DNA of 49,534 nucleotides, taken from assembly GCA_043797665.1 (NCBI GenBank), contig JAZDPL010000079.1, forward strand, positions 1 to 49,534. Direction: 5' to 3'. The position numbers and the translations under genes are program-made. Source of the stretch: Candidatus Omnitrophota bacterium (lineage in GTDB: Bacteria; Ratteibacteria; UBA8468; MWAK01). Positions within the stretch are counted from its first letter, which is position 1. Every line of letters starts with the position of its first letter. This document shows, one piece after another, positions 44,879-49,534 of the stretch. The notes under the pieces are model-generated. The model did not search any database and was not told the origin of the DNA. It worked only from the letters and a program-made list of their open reading frames with translations.

Positions 44879-46204
44879 TTAAATTTTTATGCTTTTGAAC
44901 TGGGGCAGGTGCGGTCTGTTAACGGTAAACATCTCCGCTACCATTTTCTTAATCTCCGCCAACGATAATACCGCTGCGGTAAGCGGGTCGTAGGCAATAG
45001 ACTGGAAGGCTAGACGCGCATTACCGGTTAAGGCGGCCTCCACCGCCATCTCTTCCACCGCAATACTGACGTTATTGAGCGCCGCGCACTGGGGCGGAAG
45101 CGCACCCACGTGAACGGAATTGAATCCCCGCCTGTTGGCAACCACCGGCACCTCAACGCAGGCGCCGTACGGAAGGTTGGTAACGATTCCGTTGTTCGGC
45201 ACGTTACCGTTAAATTCGTACAGTTCCCCGCCTAAGTAGGCGTTAATGATGCTGGCGGCATATTCCTTGCCCCTTTCTAAAGGAATGGGGTCTTTCTTTG
45301 CCAACCACTCCTTGGTCTCTTTCTTCCAGGTATCTTCCCTTCCTAAGTATTCTTGCAGAATGTAGGCGTAGACACCGGGGTTCCAGTTGGTTCCGTGCGT
45401 ACAGTACTTCTCAATCAGGTCCGGTCTCTTCCGGAACCACCAGTTATATTCCGAGTTGTGACCGCTGGATTCGGTAACGTAATAGTCCAAGTGGAGAAAC
45501 ATTTCGTTACGGACAAGCTCGGCATTGTAAATCTCCTTTTTCTGTAATGCCTTCCGAATCAAAAGATTGGCATCCTTTCCGTCCTTCTTGTATTCTATAA
45601 ACCAGGACTGGTGGTTGATGCCGGCACACAGATAGGTAATCCGGTCCATAGAGGCACCGATCCAGTCCGCCAGCATCTCCGCAGTTCCCTGGACGCTGTG
45701 GCACAGACCGGTAACCTTAATACCGGTCTCTCTTTGCATCGCCCGGCAAAGCATCGACATGGGGTTGGTATAATTAAGCAGAATGGCGTCCGGACAGTAC
45801 CGTTCCATATCCCGGCAGATACCCACCATTACCGGAATGGTCCTCAGCGCTCTAAAGATACCCGAAACTCCCCGGGTATCGCCGATATTGGTATCCACAC
45901 CATACTTCTTGGGAATCTCGATGTCGTACCGGAAGACGTGAACCCCTCCGGCCAGGATGGTACACACCACCGCATCTGCTCCCTTAAGCGCCTCTTTACG
46001 GTCCAGGGTTGCCTTAACTTTTGCCGGATACTTGCCTAAATCCACAATGCGCTGGACCGCCTTCCGGGCAAACTCCAGACGCTCCTTGTCAACGTCCATT
46101 AAGTGTAACGTGGCATCGGTCATCAGGGGAAAGGTCAGAATATCTCTCACCAACCCCCGGGTAAATCCGAAACTGCCCGCGCCGATAAAGGCTATCTTCG
46201 CCAT
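44879..46204 (-). CDS. melA: GH4 alpha-galactosidase
   Basis: [28 protein letters not shown] and [17 protein letters not shown] before the ATG at 46204. Confidence 0.9.
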   Translation of the reverse strand: MAKIAFIGAGSFGFTRGLVRDILTFPLMTDATLHLMDVDKERLEFARKAVQRIVDLGKYPAKVKATLDRKEALKGADAVVCTILAGGVHVFRYDIEIPKKYGVDTNIGDTRGVSGIFRALRTIPVMVGICRDMERYCPDAILLNYTNPMSMLCRAMQRETGIKVTGLCHSVQGTAEMLADWIGASMDRITYLCAGINHQSWFIEYKKDGKDANLLIRKALQKKEIYNAELVRNEMFLHLDYYVTESSGHNSEYNWWFRKRPDLIEKYCTHGTNWNPGVYAYILQEYLGREDTWKKETKEWLAKKDPIPLERGKEYAASIINAYLGGELYEFNGNVPNNGIVTNLPYGACVEVPVVANRRGFNSVHVGALPPQCAALNNVSIAVEEMAVEAALTGNARLAFQSIAYDPLTAAVLSLAEIKKMVAEMFTVNRPHLPQFKSIKI

Positions 46205-46228
46205 ACTACTATCCTCCATGTTATTTTT

Positions 46229-46304
46229 TGTCATTCCCGCGTGCCCCACAAGCGGGAATCAAGTACTGTTAATGGATTCCTGCTTACTATCCGCAGGAAT
46301 GACA
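46229..46304. repeat. GTCATTCC-type REP double hairpin
   Basis: TGTCATTCCCGC..GCGGGAATC...TGGATTCCTGCTTACTATCCGCAGGAATGACA. Confidence 0.85.
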
Positions 46305-46310
46305 TGCTGA

Positions 46311-47030
46311 TTAATCAGAGAGAACCTTCTGGAAAGCCTGGGCCATTTCATCTGAAATATTTTGAGCCGCCTGAGCCGGGTCTCTGGCATCGCGAATCGG
46401 TCTGCCGACCACCAGATAATCCGAACCCTGTTCAATCGCCACCCCCGGCGTCACCCACCGTTTGTGGTCGTCAGTACCGGCTCCTTCCGGACGGATGCCC
46501 GGGGTTACGATGATCAGCCTCTCTTTTAATTCCTGCCGGATTAACTTAACTTCTCTTCCGGAACTTATGAGCCCGTCACAACCAAGTTCCGCGGCCTTTT
46601 TAGCCCGGTAGAGAACAAACTCGCTTACCGGCACGTTAAATCCTGAATCCTTCAGACTGCCGCTATCCAGACTGGTAAGAAACGTAACCGCCAGAATCTT
46701 CAGATTACTTTTACCCCTTCCCTCTACGGCCGCTTTAATGACGCCGGTTTCACCGTGCACCGTAAGAAACTCCACACCCATACCGGCTACCTGCTGAACC
46801 GCTTTTCTCACCGTCTCCTCAATGTCAAAAAACTTCAGGTCTAAAAATACTTTTTTACCTCTTTCGAGCAGCCAGGAAACTATGCCCGGTCCGGCTGTTG
46901 TAAACAGAATGATTCCAACCTTAAAAAACTGAACCGTGCCCTCAAGTTCTTTGACGTACCTCTCTGCCTCGGTACGGGAGGAAACGTCCAGGGCGAAAAT
47001 AAGCCTTTCTTTTGGGTCAATTCTCTTCAT
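46311..47030 (-). CDS. pyrF: orotidine-5'-phosphate decarboxylase
   Basis: LIFALD, FLDLKFFDI, TPGIRP and VVGRPI. Confidence 0.95.
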   Translation of the reverse strand: MKRIDPKERLIFALDVSSRTEAERYVKELEGTVQFFKVGIILFTTAGPGIVSWLLERGKKVFLDLKFFDIEETVRKAVQQVAGMGVEFLTVHGETGVIKAAVEGRGKSNLKILAVTFLTSLDSGSLKDSGFNVPVSEFVLYRAKKAAELGCDGLISSGREVKLIRQELKERLIIVTPGIRPEGAGTDDHKRWVTPGVAIEQGSDYLVVGRPIRDARDPAQAAQNISDEMAQAFQKVLSD

Positions 47031-47036
47031 AATTAT

Positions 47037-47093
47037 GTGGGGTTTGATTCATCAAACCCGACAACCTTCGGGTTCAATAAATTGAACCCCTAC
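47037..47093. repeat. GTAG-type REP doublet overlapping the clpC 3' end
   Basis: GTGGGGTTTGATTCATCAAACCC...GGGTTCAATAAATTGAACCCCTAC. Confidence 0.8.
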
Positions 47094-49526
47094 ATTTTTG
47101 CTCACTTTAAAGGTGAGGCGGGTAAGATTGGCATCGGCGGAAATGGTAATCTCATCGCCGGGATGAATATCACCGGTCAACAACTCTTCCGATAACCGGT
47201 CTTCCAGATGTTGACTTATCGCCCTCTTCAGGGGACGGGCACCCATCTGCGGGTCAAACCCTTCCTTTTCCAGGAATCGGTACGCCTTATCATTAAGCCG
47301 GACATTCAGGTTCTCTTCCTTAAGCCGGGCGATAACCTTTTCTGTTTCCAGGCGGACAATGGCGGAAGTCTCAGACGCCGAGAGGCTCTTAAAAACTACC
47401 ACCTCATCCAGACGGTTGAGAAACTCCGGCCGGAAAGTCCGTTCTGCTTCAGATTTAAAGATATCCTGCATCTCGGCATAATCAACCTGCGCTTCCTCCT
47501 GGGGTATAAAACCAACCACCGATTCTTTTCCCAGAAGGTCCGAGCCCAGGTTAGAGGTCAGGATGATAACGGTGTTGCGAAAATCAACCTGACGACCGAA
47601 ACTATCGGTTAAACGCCCTTCCTCCAGAACCTGCAACAGGAGGTTATAAACGTCACTGTGCGCCTTTTCAAATTCGTCAAAGAGTACCACCGCATAAGGC
47701 CGGCGTCTTACCCTTTCGGTCAACTGGCCACCCTCTTCATAACCGACATAGCCGGGCGGCGCTCCAATCAGACGGGAGACGGAAAATCGCTCCATATACT
47801 CACTCATATCAATCTGGATGAGGGATTCCTCATCCTGAAAGAGAAACTGGCCCAAAACCTTTGCCAGCAAGGTTTTCCCGACACCGGTGGGACCCAAAAA
47901 AAGGAAGGAGCCAATCGGACGGTTATGGTCTTTGAGGCCGGTACGGCTGCGCCGGATCGCCCGGGAAACCGCACTAATCGCTTCATCCTGGCCCACCACT
48001 TGCCGGCGCATCTCTTCCTCCATCCGCAAAAGGCGCCGCCCTTCATCCTCTGATATCCTCTGTAACGGAATCCTGGTCCACCGGCTGACTACTTCGGCCA
48101 CCTCCTTTTCGGACACCACACCGGTAACGGTGGCAAGGTTCTTGCGCCAGGCCCGTTTCAATTCTTCCAGCCGGAACCTGGTTACCTTTTCCTGTTCCCG
48201 GAGGTTGATGGCGGTTTCATAATCCAAATCCAGAATCGCCTTTTCGCGTTTTTCGGACAGGTCATTCAGTTCCTCTTCCAAAGATTTTACCCCGTCAGGA
48301 ATTTTATAACTTTTCACCCGGACCGCAGCGCAAGCCTCATCCAGAACGTCAATCGCCTTATCCGGCAAAAACCGTTCGCTGATGTACCTTTCGGAAAACC
48401 GGACCGCGGATTCAACCGCGGAATCGGTAATATCCACCTTATGGTGTTCCCCGTATTTAAACCGCAGGCCTTTGAGAATCTCCACCGTCTCCGCCTTCGT
48501 CGGCGGTCTGACAAAGACCACCTGAAACCGCCGTTCCAACGCGGCATCCTTCTCAATATGTTTCCGGTACTCACCCATGGTGGTGGCGCCGATACACTGA
48601 ATCTCTCCGCTGGCTAACGCCGGTTTCAGAATCTGGGAAGCATCCATCGCGCCTTCCGCACCGCCGGCCCCGACCAGAACGTGGAGTTCGTCGATAAATA
48701 TAATCACCCGGTTTTCAATTATCTCCTGGATTACCACTTTGAGCCTCTGCTCAAATTCACCCCGGTATTTAGTGCCGGCAACCATGGCGGATAAATCCAG
48801 CATTACGACCCGGCGATTCTCCACCGGTTCCGGCATCGTACCGGCCGCCATTGCCTGAACAAAACCCTCCACAATTGCGGTCTTACCCACCCCGGCTTCA
48901 CCGATGAGAACCGGGTTATTCTTGCGTCGCCGGCATAAGATTTGAACCAGACGCTCAATCTCGTTCTGGCGGCCGATAACCGGGTCCAATTTCCCCTCCC
49001 GGGCAAGCCGGGTCAAATCCCGTCCAAAAAGACCCAGGGCGGACATTTTTGATTTGAGAGCGAGTTCCGGATGCTCAAAGGCTGAAACGCGAATCAATTC
49101 GTAGACCGCGCGCCTGGTCCGTTCTACGGAAAGGCCCAACCGGGTCAGAGTCTGACCGGCTACACTTTCTCCCTCGCGTAAAATACCCAGAAGGATATGT
49201 TCGGTGCCGATATAGGTATGCGAAAACTGCCGGGCTTCCTCCACACTCAATTCCAGGGCTCGCTTGGCATGGTAGTCTAAAGGAAGGGGACCTTCCATCC
49301 GGAGCGCCGGGCCCATCGGAGAGACCTCCTCAACCTCCCGGCGGATACGGTCAAGGTTATGACCCAAACTGGACAGAGCCGCCACCGCGATTCCCTGTCC
49401 GTCCCGCAGCAGCGCCAAAAGAAAATGTTCGCAGGCAATGGCACTCTGTCCGCAGCGGAGGGCTTCTTCCCGTGCCGAATCCAGCATTCGGCGGACCTGA
49501 TTGGTGAAACGGTCAAACCCAGCCAT
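47052..49526 (-). CDS. clpC: ATP-dependent Clp protease ATP-binding subunit ClpC
   Basis: Clp-N repeats, GEAGVGKT, UVR-like middle domain, GPTGVGKT and a VGF ClpP-binding loop. Confidence 0.93.
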   Translation of the reverse strand: MAGFDRFTNQVRRMLDSAREEALRCGQSAIACEHFLLALLRDGQGIAVAALSSLGHNLDRIRREVEEVSPMGPALRMEGPLPLDYHAKRALELSVEEARQFSHTYIGTEHILLGILREGESVAGQTLTRLGLSVERTRRAVYELIRVSAFEHPELALKSKMSALGLFGRDLTRLAREGKLDPVIGRQNEIERLVQILCRRRKNNPVLIGEAGVGKTAIVEGFVQAMAAGTMPEPVENRRVVMLDLSAMVAGTKYRGEFEQRLKVVIQEIIENRVIIFIDELHVLVGAGGAEGAMDASQILKPALASGEIQCIGATTMGEYRKHIEKDAALERRFQVVFVRPPTKAETVEILKGLRFKYGEHHKVDITDSAVESAVRFSERYISERFLPDKAIDVLDEACAAVRVKSYKIPDGVKSLEEELNDLSEKREKAILDLDYETAINLREQEKVTRFRLEELKRAWRKNLATVTGVVSEKEVAEVVSRWTRIPLQRISEDEGRRLLRMEEEMRRQVVGQDEAISAVSRAIRRSRTGLKDHNRPIGSFLFLGPTGVGKTLLAKVLGQFLFQDEESLIQIDMSEYMERFSVSRLIGAPPGYVGYEEGGQLTERVRRRPYAVVLFDEFEKAHSDVYNLLLQVLEEGRLTDSFGRQVDFRNTVIILTSNLGSDLLGKESVVGFIPQEEAQVDYAEMQDIFKSEAERTFRPEFLNRLDEVVVFKSLSASETSAIVRLETEKVIARLKEENLNVRLNDKAYRFLEKEGFDPQMGARPLKRAISQHLEDRLSEELLTGDIHPGDEITISADANLTRLTFKVSKNVGVQFIEPEGCRV

Positions 49527-49534
49527 TTTGTTTT

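Overview
Bacterial chromosome segment, most consistent with a PVC-superphylum-like organism (inferred only from the H-X9-DG prepilin/glycoside-hydrolase loci). A housekeeping backbone (surA-like end, pdxA, polX, tRNA-Gly, FAH-HIT-gyrA, rny, serA with a class V aminotransferase, lemA, PLD, melA, pyrF, clpC) is interrupted by two accessory regions, ~3.1-10.9 kb and ~21.3-44.8 kb. Each accessory region begins with a toxin-antitoxin pair (MNT-HEPN; MazEF-type). Each carries sugar-regulator + type IV prepilin-like (H-X9-DG) + large secreted glycoside-hydrolase/CBM cassettes. The second region is decaying, with many deletion remnants and a frameshifted IS3-type element. Main non-coding signals: (i) a 29-bp fixed-length CCTT...GGNACCCG element in five copies, one interrupting a transposase start codon region; (ii) two REP-like families whose loops carry nested mini-hairpin insertions; (iii) a ~170-nt structured leader in front of rny, with an SD-sequestering hairpin and an apparent AUU start; (iv) two apparently leaderless genes. 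No CRISPR array or rRNA was seen. All family calls come from motif recognition by eye, not from database searches.
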